NCBI RefSeq assembly: GCF_009914755.1
Contig: NC_060934.1
From: the human T2T-CHM13v2.0 reference genome, Homo sapiens
Length of the DNA stretch: 64,000 bases
Reading direction: 5' to 3' (one strand)
Shown: piece by piece, positions 44,611 through 61,669 of the stretch
How positions within the stretch are numbered: the first letter of the stretch is position 1
How the letters are laid out: each line of letters starts with the position of its first letter
Translations under genes and position numbers: made by a program
Notes under the pieces: generated by a model
The model's database searches: none
What the model was told of the DNA's origin: nothing
The model's input: only the letters and a program-made list of their open reading frames with translations

Positions 44611-45226
44611 TGTAGAAAGCAAAAAGTTCCTCTTCAAATTATCCCTTCTTGTTAAAGAATAAATCATAAGTGTTAGAAATCATAGTTTCTTTTAAAGACT
44701 AACTTTCTTCAAACCTCCTTGCTTCACACTAATAACTCGTTTTTAAGCCCTATATTATGTAGCTGTTAGATATAAAGGAATGAGTACATTCTATGTCCTT
44801 GTACTTTAACCAAGATATCTGTGCTGGACATGCTCACAGGCATGTCCCAGCTCGCAGCCTATACCCCTTCCTTATTTAGGAATGTTACTACTTTTCTAAG
44901 TCTTTTCATAAACAACTTCCACTTTTCGTTTGTTGTACATTGCTTTTATCTATTTAGAAAATTTTAAGTTGTTAGTCAATCAGGTTCAGTTTAGATTGTG
45001 TGGTCTGGCTCCAGCCAATGGAGACAGGACACAGTAGCAAGGGCAAGCACTTTAAGGGATAAAAATTGCTTCCCTCCTTCTCGCCATTATTCCATCTGCG
45101 AGGAGCACCCTTTCTGCAGAAAGTAAATTTGCCTTGCTGAGAAAACTTTTTGGCTGAATGGTGATTTTTCCTTGCAGTACCGAGGAACAAGCATTCTGTT
45201 TCTGAATAAACATTTTACTTATAACA
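44611..45226 (+). mobile_element. LTR10-family (HERV-I group) solo LTR
   Basis: TG..CA termini, TSD AGAGA, CACCCTTTCTGCAGAAAGTAAATTTGCCTTGCTGAGA block. Confidence 0.82.
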
Positions 45227-45699
45227 AGAGATAAGATTAAATATAAGAATATATTATATTCTCTATTTTAGATAAGCTTGTCCTTGAATGTTGAGCATAT
45301 AATGTCATCCAAAGCATCGTCCAACAGCAACACTATTCTCCTGTTAGTACCCTATTCTCCCTTTTAGGAAATCTCCCATAGTGTGGAAGTCTTTCTACTG
45401 AAATCTAAGTAACAGACAATTCCTCTTTCTACCACAAAGCAGTCAGGGATGGAGGACTCTTTCCTTGGACTTCAAATCTTCAGTGAGTGTTAGGAAGGTA
45501 GAGAGATGTCTGAGGTTCATGTTCACGGCCACATGGTTGATGATTTATGGACTAGACACAGCGTGCTCTTTTGTGTGATTCCAGCTCTCTAGCTTCCCCA
45601 GACTTCTTGGCTGTTTTTTCCAAGCCTGGTCGTCCATCTGCCATCTCATTCCAATAAATTGGAAATGCAGTTCAAGATAGCTAGAGTTGGAGTCTGTGG

Positions 45700-46714
45700 T
45701 ATTGGGGGAACCCGCCCCCAATATTTCAATGTAGGTTCTTTCTATTTTCCCTAAGTGTCGGCGGGTCTGAGAAATAAAGAGAAAGAGCACAAAGAGAGGA
45801 ATTTTACAGCTGGGCCGCTGTGGGTGACATCACGTATCAGTAGGACTGTAATGCCCACCTGAGCCTGAAAGCCAGCAAGTTTTATTAGGGATTTTAAAAG
45901 GGGAGGGGGTGCAAAAACAGGGAGTAGGTCACAAGATCACATGCTTCAAAGGGCAAAAAGGAGAACAAAGATCACATGCTTCTGAGGAAACAGGGTAAGG
46001 ACAAAATCAGGAACTCCTGAGAAGGGTCTATGTTTAGCTGTGCACGTATTGTCTTGATAAACATCTCAAACAACAGAAAACAGGGTTCGAGAGCAGAGAT
46101 CTAGTCTGATCTTAAATTTACCAGGGTGGGGTTTCCCAATCCCAGTAAGCCTGAGGGTACTGCAGGAGACCAGGGCATATATCAGTCCTTATCTCAACCG
46201 CATAGGACAGACACTCCCAGAGTGACCGTTTATAGACCTCCCCCCAGGAATGCAATTCTTTTCCTACGGTCTTAATGTTAATATTCCTTGCTAGGAAAAG
46301 AATTTAGCGATATCTCTTCTACTTGCACGTCCATTTGTAGGCTCTCTGCAAGAAGAAAAATATGGTTTTTTTTGCCCGACCCCACAGGCAGTCAGACCAT
46401 ATGGTTGTCTTCCCTTGTTCCCTAAAATCGCTGTTATTCTGTTTGTTTTCAAGGTGCACTGATTTCACATTGTTCAAACACATGTTTTACGATCAACTTT
46501 TACAGTTAACACAATGATCACAGTGGACCTGTGGTGACGTACATCCTCAACTTACGAAGATAACAGGATTAAGACATTAAAGTAAGACAGTCGTAAGAAA
46601 TTTTAAGAATATTATTAGGGAAGTGATAAATGTCCCTGAAATCTTCACAATTTATGCTCCTCTGCCATGGCTCCAGCCGGTCCTTCCATTCGGGATCCCT
46701 GACTTCCCATAACA
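45700..46714 (-). mobile_element. MER11 (HERV-K HML-8) solo LTR
   Basis: GGGGGAACCCGCCCCCAATATTTCAA..GTCCTTCCATTCGGGATCCCTGACTTCCCATAACA, about 1 kb. Confidence 0.88.
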
Positions 46715-46751
46715 TCTGGCTTGCCACTAAGACCCTGATGAACCAAGCCTG

Positions 46752-46798
<47 letters not shown>

Positions 46799-48307
46799 AA
46801 AGCTACTGCCAACCTTCTTGTGATGATCTGAGGGAATACAATTTAAACCATGATTCATAATTGTGCGAGGTACATGAGTCACCAAGAAAGGCAGGGTAAG
46901 TAATTACAAAGTAGTTATCTCTCTTTCCATAATTTTAAATTGAATATCACTTTATTCTCCATTTACAGACAGAGAGATTACAGGCAGTAATCTTCCTTTC
47001 TAAAGCTGACAGTAACTCCCACAGTAATAAATGGAAGCCTGTTTAATAAGAAATATTTACGTGTGTGACTGTGAGCACAGCTGAAAACGTGGTGTTCTTC
47101 GTAAATTTAGAACTGCATTTTCTAAATGTCGAGTGTTTATTACCTGGAAAAAAGAAAGGAAAAACAACTCTACATTTTAGACGTGTTCCACAGCTTCCTT
47201 GATGAGACATTTTAAGGACCATTAGTTGTCTAAATAGAGATTGTATTTTAGAGTGGAGACTATGAAAGAGTGTTCTCTAGTTTAAGGTTATATCCTTTAC
47301 CTTGTGATAGAGTCAAGCTGTAAACTCAAAGCAAGCATCTGGCACTCTGGTTATTCTAAGTCATCTTTCTTTGCTCTCCCTTTTAAGCATCTTTCTTCAC
47401 TTTAAAAACAAACACAAATAAAAGCACCTATCACAGGGAGGGCCTCAAACGAGGGCTTAATAGGTGTTGCTTCGCTTCCTCTTCTCTTTTCTTTAGTAGG
47501 CAGACTAAATTCTATGACTCTGATCTGAGGGTTAACAGTAGTCCATCTATGGATTCTATGGACTTGATGTATCTTATACTGTGGTTCCTGGAAATTCATT
47601 TTATCAGGAGTGAGTGATCTTTTCAGAAAAGCTGCTCAAGCTTGAGCCTGGGAGGTGGAGGTTGCAGTGAGCTGAGATCATGCCACTGCGTTCCAGCCTG
47701 GACAACAGAGTAAGACCCCATCTCAAAAGAAAAAAAAATCTGCTCCAGATTTTCAGAAAGGAAAATAAGATTTTACACACACACACACACACGGTTTTTG
47801 TGTCTGGTAAACTAGCAAACTGTCTCATCTGATTTCTTTGCCATCATTTCTGCTTTAAATTAGAACTCTAGAGAATGTAAATATCTAATTATCTACTGGT
47901 CAGCTTCAGAGATTTCAGGCTTCAAAGAAGTTCAGTGTGGTTTTTGTGTGATGGTTTATGATATGGATTATTCAAGGAATTCTTTCCCCACTGCCTCCTT
48001 TATTTTTGCTTTTGTTTTGCTCTGCAAAGTCTGGGGTGTAGCCAAGCTCAGAGCTGATATTGCCTAGAAATTCATGTCAAGGCACGAGTTCCATGAGATG
48101 TATCTTCATGAGTCAGAAATACTAAGGAGAGTCATTTCTTATGGAGGTGCACGTTGTAGAAAGAATTCTAATGGATAACTAAACAAACCATTATTTTGGA
48201 AGAAGAAAGTAGCCTGAGTTGGCTTCTCTTGACCTTACTTGTGTAGACTGCAGCATGGATTCCACAGTGGGTATCTCCCACTATTTTTTTTTTTTGAGAC
48301 AGAGTCT

Positions 48308-49812
<1,505 letters not shown>

Positions 49813-51873
49813 GTGCTTGCCAGCTTCTTTGCTCTCCCCTTTAAGCCTCCTTCTTCTCTTTTAAAATAAACACACATAAAAGCACCTAGCACAGGTGTTG
49901 CCAGCTTAAGAAAAGGAGCTGGAAAGTCTTAGACGAATGATTACTCCATTAGCTGACATTTACTATACATCCTGCATGTGATGAACAACAGTGTAGGGCA
50001 GGGCCCTTTATAATAGTGATACATTTTTGCAAAAATTCACAGTTCACCTAGGCAAAGTGTGCACGTCTCACAACAATCCAGGTGTTAGGTACACTTCAGT
50101 GGCAGGAGACAGGGACTCCCTTTTACGGGATAATAAGCACAAAAGGGTGCAGCATGAAAGTCAATGTCAGGCAGCCCCCTGCTTTCCCAGAGAAGAAACA
50201 GTTTACCTCTTCATTGGGAGAAATGCAGGCTCTCAAAACAGGAGAATGGAAATGAGGCAACTGGTTGAGGACTTCAGCTTTCAGTGGCACAACATGGGGC
50301 TGGAGGCGTAATTAGCTTAGCAACTGGCTTGCTAATGTGGTGGTTTAAAACTCAGCAAATTGTTCCATTATCCTTCTACATTAAAATAATCTTTCAAGTG
50401 GTTCCCTCACTCTTCTCAGGGTAGCTTTTCAGTAGTTTAAATAATTCAGTATCCTCTGGAGAATCTCTAGTATGAAAACTTCTAGTTCCTGAAGTACACC
50501 AAAAGATGAAATAGAACCCTTTTGTAGGACACACTAGAGCTCCTTTAGAGGCAGTGGTTCTAGAAAATTGAAGCTTCAATCCAACATCTATGATGATTAC
50601 CATAGATTATTGTTGCTGGCATTTTATGATGGACATCTTAAAAACTCATCCCATGTGGAGTGAGACAGCTCTACCAATCCTCAAGGCCAGAAATACAACA
50701 CAGCTTTTGGCTCTGTCATTCATCCACTGTGGGTCTACCTGGAGCCATTTGATCCTGCTGAGCTGTGGCCTTCCCTTTTGCAAAATGAAGAAGAATGCCC
50801 CCTTGGGCCAAATGGGACAAGGTATATGAAAAATCACTGAAAATTACCACGTTCCACCCATCTATAAATGTCATAAGTATTGATGACTAATACATTGGAA
50901 AAAATAGACTCCGATTTATAATCAATGGCAGAGCAAAAACTCACAGAAGGAAATTAACACATAATAATGGTTCAAATAAGGTGAGATTTGCCAGCACAGG
51001 CAAGCTTTCATGTCCCTTTCAAGTTCCATGTGATTATGGTATATAAAACGTCTCAGAAATGAGATAAAATCCATTTAGCTAGGTGACATGCAGGGAGGGC
51101 AATTATTTTCCATCAAATACGCACAACAAAGCTGGCCAGTCTCAATTTGAATCAGAACACACTGCTGTTCTATTAGCTGGAAAATTAACAGGAATTTTAT
51201 ATCAAAACACTACTAACATAAAAAATGAAGCCAGTGTGTTTTACTATGATATTGCAGAGCTTATTACATGAGTAAAGAAGAATCAATATGCTGAATTTTT
51301 CTTTTAAGAATAAGAGTTTCATTAAAACCTGAGAAATAAAACTATGTTAGCATGATATAATCTATAGTTGGCAATCAAGAACTCCATAAAAGTATTCAAT
51401 ATTTTGAGAAAGTCTTAAAGCGGACTGCATAACAAACCACACGGCCAGAAGATTAAATCCAAATTATAGCATTATTCAGAAACTGGCTCAGTCAAATAGC
51501 TATTTCCTGCCTCTCCTCCAAACCCGCTAATTGCTTTCTTAACCTTGGGCTCTATTTCAATTTACAGTGATTTTTTAAAACTTTAAAGTTTATGTAAAAT
51601 AACTTCAAAGTGTGAATGACATGAACTTGATGATTCTAACTCTTCATTTTTTTCAAATAGAGAAGCCCAGCAGCTTGGTAGGACCCAGTTCCCACCTTAT
51701 TTTGATACTCCAGAAATAAGTGAGTTGAAGATCGTCAAACAGAAAAACTCAAAATAACAGTGTAACCTTCTTTTATTTAGGATTATAAACATCATACAAC
51801 TTTTTTATTAAAGAAAATGATAATTTTTATTCAGTTCCTTAAAATTCACCCTATAGTCTCTAATTCAATGTTA

Positions 51874-53931
<2,058 letters not shown>

Positions 53932-53934
53932 TTA

Positions 53935-54159
53935 AATTATATACTATGTATGTGTGTATATATATGTATATATACATATATATGGTGAATTTTTCCCATT
54001 TTCTATTTCTATTGTATACATACATGGTATATATGTTATATATATATACACACACACGGTATACTTACATACATGGTATATATCTATAATGTATACATAT
54101 GTATGTATATATACACATATGTGGGTATATATATATATATACCCACATATGTGTATCTA

Positions 54160-54203
<44 letters not shown>

Positions 54204-54240
54204 TATATATATGGTGAATTTTTCGCATTTTCTATTTCCT
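53935..54240. repeat. (TA/TG/CA)n low-complexity block with a duplicated 28-mer and a 46-bp palindrome
   Basis: Read directly. Confidence 0.9.
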
Positions 54241-54902
54241 TTCCGAGACCATGAGTGTAAGGGGGAATTTGGAACAATACATTTATGGTGGTAGACATCA
54301 GAAAACATTTCAGATCTCACAAATGAAGCACTAGCTTCTTCCCCCACCTTCAGGAATGAAATCACTCCTCCATATTAAACACCTGGATAAGCATTGCTCA
54401 ACTTTATTAAATGACCGTTTGTGAAGTGTCTGTGATTAATTGCAATCAACTCATTTATTGAGTGCTATCCGGCACTAGAACAGATGCATTTAACAGGAGA
54501 TAGGATAAAGTCCCAACCTTTAAAGCATATGGAATTTACATTTATGATTTTTTTAAAAAAAAAAAGACTAAAGTAATCAAGACAAACTCAAGTATCTTTC
54601 TATGTAATCTAAAGCAGGGGTCTGCTTTATGAAAAAAATGACATATTTTGACATAAAGCTTCTGTTTTTCCTGGTCGAATTGAAGGCAAATAGCTCAGCA
54701 TTTCATAAAATTATGAGCTTCAAAATTTCTCTCTGCAGATCCCGTCTCTGCCTTCAATACGTTCCCAGGTCTGCCTTGGGAAAAGTTTGTGACGTTCTAG
54801 TTTTTAGGAGACCGTTTTGCTATTATTCTTTCCACCTCCTTCCACTCCCCAAACCAGAGAGAATATGGTATCAGTTAAGTAGGGACTAACAGAAAGCGAT
54901 TC

Positions 54903-55501
54903 TTTCAGGTGTGAGCCCCAGCTGAGGTTTGAGGGGAGTGGGTGGATGGGCAGATAACTGAAAGAACACTCAGGGGGCCGTAGGCAGGTGAATATGGTTT
55001 TATGCAGCAGCTCTGTCATCGGCAGCGTACTCACACCGTCCACCTTTACCTCGGCTATTTGCTCCAGCTCTGAGGCTCTCGCCGACCCCACACCTGCAGC
55101 TGCGCTCTCTGCCCTACAAGGCCAGCTCTCTCTTACAGGGAGAGCAGCTTAACTCTTTCCCTTTGGGCACAAGCTGGTTCCTGGCTCCCCACTGCCTGCC
55201 TTCAAGGTGACCCACTCTCCCTTACAGGGGTAAGTAGCCTTACTCTCTCTCTGGGCACCAGCGCCCGAGCCATGTCGAGCCATTCCGTTCCGTGCTGGGC
55301 CGAGCCAAGCCATATGCACAGTGTCAGCCGGGCAGTTATACTTTTTCAAAGAATAATGGCTAAAAGACAGGTATGAGCTTACCCAAACAGGTTATATAAC
55401 AAGTGGAGTATTGCGCCTGTGCCCTAAACTCACTAAGTCATGCAGGCCCGGATGTCTGCCTCAGCCTAATTCTTGACCAAAGCTCATCCGTGTAGCTTAC
55501 A
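54903..55501 (-). mobile_element. LTR18-family (ERVL) solo LTR
   Basis: TSD GATTC; minus strand starts TGTAAGCTACACGGATGAGCTTTGGTCAAG; AACAGGTTATATAACAAGTGG block. Confidence 0.75.
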
Positions 55502-55867
55502 GATTCACTCTTAGGTATTTGCTCAATCACACGTTGCATTTTCTCTAAACCTCTCATCCTATGTCCTCAACTCCATACCCACCTCCCCACCACCCTCACC
55601 ACCCTAAACTTCCAACAGAGAGAGTAGAACATTTTTAGGATACAAGGAACACCTGAAATCACCTTTAGGCCTTTTCAGTGGATCGAAAGGAAAACCTGAT
55701 GTTGACCTTTGGATAGACAACCAGGAGGGAGGGCCGTCAAATAGGCGGCCCTAGAATGACCCCTGAATCAGAGCTGGAGGACGCAGGGTGAGCCTTGTAG
55801 AGGTTTAGGCCAGGCTGTGCTGCTGAAGAAGAAAGGTCCTCTGGGTCTCCTCATCACTGACACCTTT

Positions 55868-55901
<34 letters not shown>

Positions 55902-56154
55902 TCCCCAAACCCTTAATTCAGGCTTCTCTAGGGAAGCAGTTTTCACTTTGTTTTTTCAGCAGGTATTCATGATAGATGTGAGTCATGTCTACCACACAAC
56001 TCACTCAAAAGGAGTGCTGGGATTAACCCTGAGAGTGAGTCACGTGATAGAGCCTCACTCTCATTTCATGTCCAGGGAACAGAAGATTCTGCTTGGTAGC
56101 TGTAACTCACTTTCTTTCCTGGACATACAGAATTCTGCTTGCTAGTTGTAACTC

Positions 56155-56392
56155 GCTTTTTCTTTCCTTCCTTCCTTTCTTTCTCTCTCTCTTTCTTTCT
56201 ATATAAAATTCTGCTTGGTAGCTGTAACTCCCCTCCCCCTCCCCGCCTTCCCCTTCCTCCTTCTTCCCTCCTCCTCCTCTCCTCCTTTCCTCCTCCTCTC
56301 CTCCTCCTCCTTCTCCTCCTCCTCCTTCTCCTCCTTCTTCTTCTCCTCCTTCTTTTCTTCTTCTTCTTCTTTTCTCTCTCTCTCTCTCTTGC
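56155..56392. repeat. Polypyrimidine/polypurine (CCT/CTT/CT)n tract next to an antisense AluJ (56395-56688)
   Basis: Read directly. Confidence 0.9.
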
Positions 56393-56601
56393 TTTTGTTT
56401 TTTGAGACAGGATCTAACTCTGTCACCCAGGATGTTGTGCTGTGGTACAATCACAGCTCACTGTAGCCTTGACTTCCTGGGCTCAAGCAATCCCCCCACC
56501 TAAGCCTCCCAAGTAGCAGGCATTACAGGTGTGCACCACCTTGCCCAGCTCATTTTTACATTTTTTGTAGCGATGGGGGGAGGTCCTACTATGTTATCTA
56601 G

Positions 56602-56760
<159 letters not shown>

Positions 56761-56892
56761 TAATTTTTAAAAAGTGAATCATTTGTCAACTTGGGCCATC
56801 AAATTATTATTAGTTACCACTGAATCCCAATGTACCTCACAACTAATCTCAGTGCTTCTATGGAGAGCTATGACCAGAGACCTTCCTCTAAC

Positions 56893-57117
56893 CAAGGCTC
56901 AGCAAACTACTTTTGTAAAGGGTGAGGCTGTAAATATTTTCAACCTTGGGGGCCATATGGTCTTTGCCGCAACTATTCAGCCCTGCTGCCGTAATACAAA
57001 AGCAGCTGTAGATGATGATGACTCAACCAATGGGTGCTAGTTATGTTCCAATAAAACTTTATTTGCGATGATGAGCAGGCTGATTGGGCTCAGGGGCTGT
57101 GTAGTTCCCCAACCCTG
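56893..57117. mobile_element. MER58A-like hAT-Charlie MITE
   Basis: GGCTCAGCAAACTAC..GTTCCAATAAAACTTTATTT..GTAGTTCCCCAACCCTG. Confidence 0.8.
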
Positions 57118-58178
57118 TTCTTACCACCTCTCGCCCACTCTTGGACTCAGACAGAACCCTCATCTCCCTTCATCATCCAGTGTTAGCCCATCCTTGGTGG
57201 GTTTCTCTCCTCTGCAATTCACCATCCTCTCCCCTCCAAACAAAATCCGAGGTAGCTTATTTTTCCTTGAACATTTGATGTTATTTTACTTACATTTCTT
57301 AAACTGCTGTCTGATATCTGGAAACATTCCTGTGCCTTTTATCTTATTTTTGCCTGCGGTAATATGTACTTTTGACAGAGAAGTGTGTTTGAGAGTGCAT
57401 TGCCTCATTAAAAAGAGTACTGCTGCATGTATACGTTTTCCACTCAGCAATAATTATTGCCAAATAGAGCAAGGCTTCTAATTAACAAGCAAATTCCAAA
57501 TTCCAAATGGTGTACCAGACTACTTAATTAGATCTGTTGCTTTTTAATTCCCTCACTGAAAGTCTCAGGCATGGCTTTAACTCTATTTTGTCAGTTATTT
57601 TCTTTAGCCTAACCCTGGTCTTACTGTAAGTCATGCTAATTATTCTCACTAATTTATTTGCTTACTGTAGTTAGAGGCTCTCTTACCCTACACAGTTCAG
57701 GGAATGTCAAAATCTCTGTGACCCATAACTCTGGTTTTATCTCCCAGACAACAAGAGCAATACCTGACAATGGTTTTGTTTGTTTTTCAGATCTAGGTGT
57801 TTTTTTTTTTCCCTCTCTCTTGCCTGCAACCTCTACATTTGTTACACAATAGAATATTTCAACTCAAACAAATGGCATGGAAAAACAGTACGTAGCCTGG
57901 TTTTACTAGAGAAATGAAGCTCAGGGCTAACATGAAGATACGGTGCTAGGGAACGGCAGGAGAGAAGGTTGAAAAGCTTAAGTAATGAGGATTTTGCAGA
58001 GAGGACTCCAGAGTGCTTTCCTCCTGTCCTTTTCTCTGGACTCCAATTTCCAGCTGTTTCTCTGCAGTTTGGCACCTGCAAGCGGTTAGCAGACCTGGAG
58101 GATGTCAGCAAAGCCTCTACCCAGGCCCACAGGAAGTAGCTTAGGCAGGATTTGTTTCCCTCTTGATGCCAGATCAAC

Positions 58179-58630
58179 TGTATGAGATTTCTATTACTGC
58201 TGTTACAAATGACCATGCATTTAGCAGCTTAAAAACAGCACGAATCTATTATCTTACAGTTCTGGAGGTCAGAAGTTCAAAATAGGTCTCACTGGACTAA
58301 AAGAAAATTGTTGGTGGGGTTGTGTTTTTTGAAGAGGCTTTAGGGAAAAACTCCATGTCCTTACCTTTTCCAGGCCACCTACATTCCTTGGCTCATGGCC
58401 TCTTCCTCCATGTTCAAAGCCAGCAAAGGAGCCTCTTCAAATCTCTACAGGACTCTGACCCTCCTGCCTCCCACACCTAGATAATCGAGGATAACCTCCC
58501 CATCTCAAGGTCATCTGATTAGCAACCTTAATTCCATCCACAATCTTAATTCCCCCTTGTAATAGAACATATTCACAAATTCTTGGGATTAGACATCTTT
58601 GGAAGACCACTATTCTGCCTATTACCTCAA
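58179..58630 (-). mobile_element. MLT1C/D-like LTR
   Basis: ATCTTACAGTTCTGGAGGTCAGAAGT..GCCACCTACATTCCTTGGCTCATGGCC. Confidence 0.8.
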
Positions 58631-59234
58631 CTGAGTCTAAAATTCAATAATTGAGAGTTCTGGGGCGTCTCTATGCATTTCATCAAAATTGCTGAATTCC
58701 AAAATGAAGAATAAATTTTTACATTCTAGACATAAAATTTAGTAATGTATACATACACATATAAGATTAGCATTACATTTATCTGTGGAATGAACATGGA
58801 AGAGTTTGGACACCCACAGACTAAAATCCAGGAAATGTGTTTCCATCTAAGATATCATTCAGCCATCAAGGAAAACAAAGACATTTATAAATATGCCAGA
58901 ATTCCAAAACTATATAATCTGTGAACATCCCAGGAGAATATTCAAGAAAAAAACTTTTAGCCAAACAACAAAATATCTCAGATATCAGAGGACAGAGAAA
59001 GGGGAAAAGAAGATTAAATAGTGGCCAATAAAGAACATTTCAAAAAATGTATACATTGTTAAGCCTAAACAGAGAATGGTAGAATATAAAAATTAGAAAT
59101 TATGCATTTAATTTTTTTGGCTGATCTTAGTGATAGAAATCTAATTTGCCATTTTATTTGATGAGAAGCCTTGTGAGGAAACTAGATTTGGTGACTTAAG
59201 TCCTTAAGGGCTGTGCTAATACTGCCTTTCTTAG

Positions 59235-59729
59235 TGTTAGATACGGCTAGGTTCCTCTGCAAACAGCATGCCCAGTTCTCCTGTTCGTTATTCTCTCATT
59301 CCAAGTACCCACCCCCTGCCCCCGCTTTTGCTGCGCCTTAACCTGTCTAAACATACTTAGACATGCCACAGCCCCAGTCCACATTCCTTTCCTTATGTGG
59401 GAATAGGTTAGCTTTCTAGTGCCCTGTAGGTGACCCCTTCCTTCTCCCCCTCTCTCCTCTATCACACACCTACCTTAACTAAGAAAGTTTAAATGTTTAC
59501 CCAATTGAGACCAGTTTACATTGTGCGGTCCAAGCCCAGGCAATGGGGGGAAAGACACAGAGGCAGAATCTGCATTAGGAAGAAAACCCCCACTCTTCTT
59601 TGCTCCGCATGCTCTCGTGACAGCCAGGTTTATGAGCAGCACCCTTCTGCGGAAGTAAATTTACCTTGCTGAGAAATTCTTTGTTTTACTGCTCATTTTC
59701 TTTGTGACCCTGAGCTCTTACTTCTGACA
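59235..59729 (+). mobile_element. LTR10-family (LTR10B-like) solo LTR
   Basis: TG..CA termini, TSD TTAG, CACCCTTCTGCGGAAGTAAATTTACCTTGCTGAGA block shared with 44611-45226. Confidence 0.78.
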
Positions 59730-60692
59730 TTAGCAAGATAACAAAAAAAAGATAAAGAATATTTATTTCCTGGTGGCCACGAGAGCACTCTAAACAAACA
59801 AACAGTGCTAGAAACTAAAAGCATTCATGGTCTGGGAGAACAAACCGTGTGCTAGCTCAGTTAGAGGTACTGTCCCTAAATTTACTGATAGTTATAAGAA
59901 AAAAACAACAACAGGAATTCCTGAGGAATGTAAGTGTTTGACAACAAGGCCTGTAAATATAATGGTTTAACCACAAAGCTTGAAAACGTTTGTTATGGGA
60001 AATTGATTTTCTTCACTTCAGCTGTAAATTAACTCATCAGTTTTGTGATAAGTAACCTACCACTCAGGATGTGAACTTTCTGGCCTTGTGATAATGAATC
60101 CACCACACTGTGCCTGTTCTCCTATTTTTTAGAGAGCTTTTTCTTCCCTTACCAGTTCTATTCCCAACAGTATAGAAGTGATTTAAGCTGCCTCTGACAG
60201 ATCTGATCCATATAGAGTACAAAGCCTCTTTCTTCCATGCACTGTGAGTGAAATACTAACAACAGCCTTGTACTAAAAGTTATAAATTTAGGAAAAGCTA
60301 GGCCTTGAGGGGATGGGAGTGAGTTAAGTAAAATTAAAAGTAGTCTAAATTTATCTTCTTTCTGGTGTATGAATAAAAGCAATAGGGAAATAGAGTATCT
60401 GAAGTATATAGGAATTCTATCTTGCTTTCATGTAATAGTCAAGAAACAGTATTTAATTATGAAGCTAATTGTTCAAACAAAGAAAAAAACTAACACATTT
60501 TCAAAAGAAGAAATTTTAAGAGACCACATTCCTTGATCATAATCTGATACAGTTAAGCAAAAAATAAAACTATGCCTCTATTACTCAGAAAATAATAAAT
60601 CCACTTCTACTTAAATCTTTGATAGAAGAGAAAAGTCAAAATAAAATCATCAACTATAGGTAGACCAGTGAAAGGAAGGCCACTACATTCTA

Positions 60693-61010
<318 letters not shown>

Positions 61011-61065
61011 AGCATCTGGTACACAATGACAACTATACTCATTGGGAGATTACAACCTTGAAAGC

Positions 61066-61662
61066 TGTGTTGGGGGTCCCCAAGACCACCCTCAGGCTTG
61101 TCAATATACTAGTAGGACTCAGAGGAGTCATAAAAGCCGTTGTGCTCACAATTACACTTTATTGCAGGGAAAGATGCAGATTAAAATCAGCAAAATGCCA
61201 AGGGTCATGGAGCAAAGTCCAGGAGAAACCAAGTGCCAACTTCCAGATGTCCTCTCCCAGTAGAGAAACACAGGTGCATTTAATTCTCCCAGCAAGAATG
61301 TGTGACTATACATGCAAAATATTGCCAGCCAGGGAAACTCACCTGAGGCTTGGTGTCCACGGTTTTTATTGGCAGAGTCAGTAACATAGACGTAGTACAT
61401 GCATGATTGCCCTCAGCCTCTCAGAGCAAAAATAGCAAAAATAAGCATCACCATAAATCACATTGTTAGCATAAACAATCTGACTAAACTAGTACCAGGT
61501 AGCCCCAGGCCTCAGTCATGCAAAACTCTCTGATCCTGCAGAATATTTCAACATCTCAGAGCTCAGCTCCCAGGAGCCAGCTAGGGCTGATCGTAAAGGC
61601 AGGCCTTTTTTGGGAACATGTGGAGTTTAGCAGCCAGACCTGCAGTTAGCACCTTCTGCACA
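61066..61662. mobile_element. MER21-family LTR
   Basis: TGTGTTGGGGGTCCCCAAGACCACCCTCAGG..GATTAAAATCAGCAAA..GGTTTTTATTGG. Confidence 0.75.
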
Positions 61663-61669
61663 AATGTCT

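Noticed and set aside
55735-55755. CTCF-like CAAATAGGCGGC
   Set aside because: Several core mismatches; not supportable without ChIP data.
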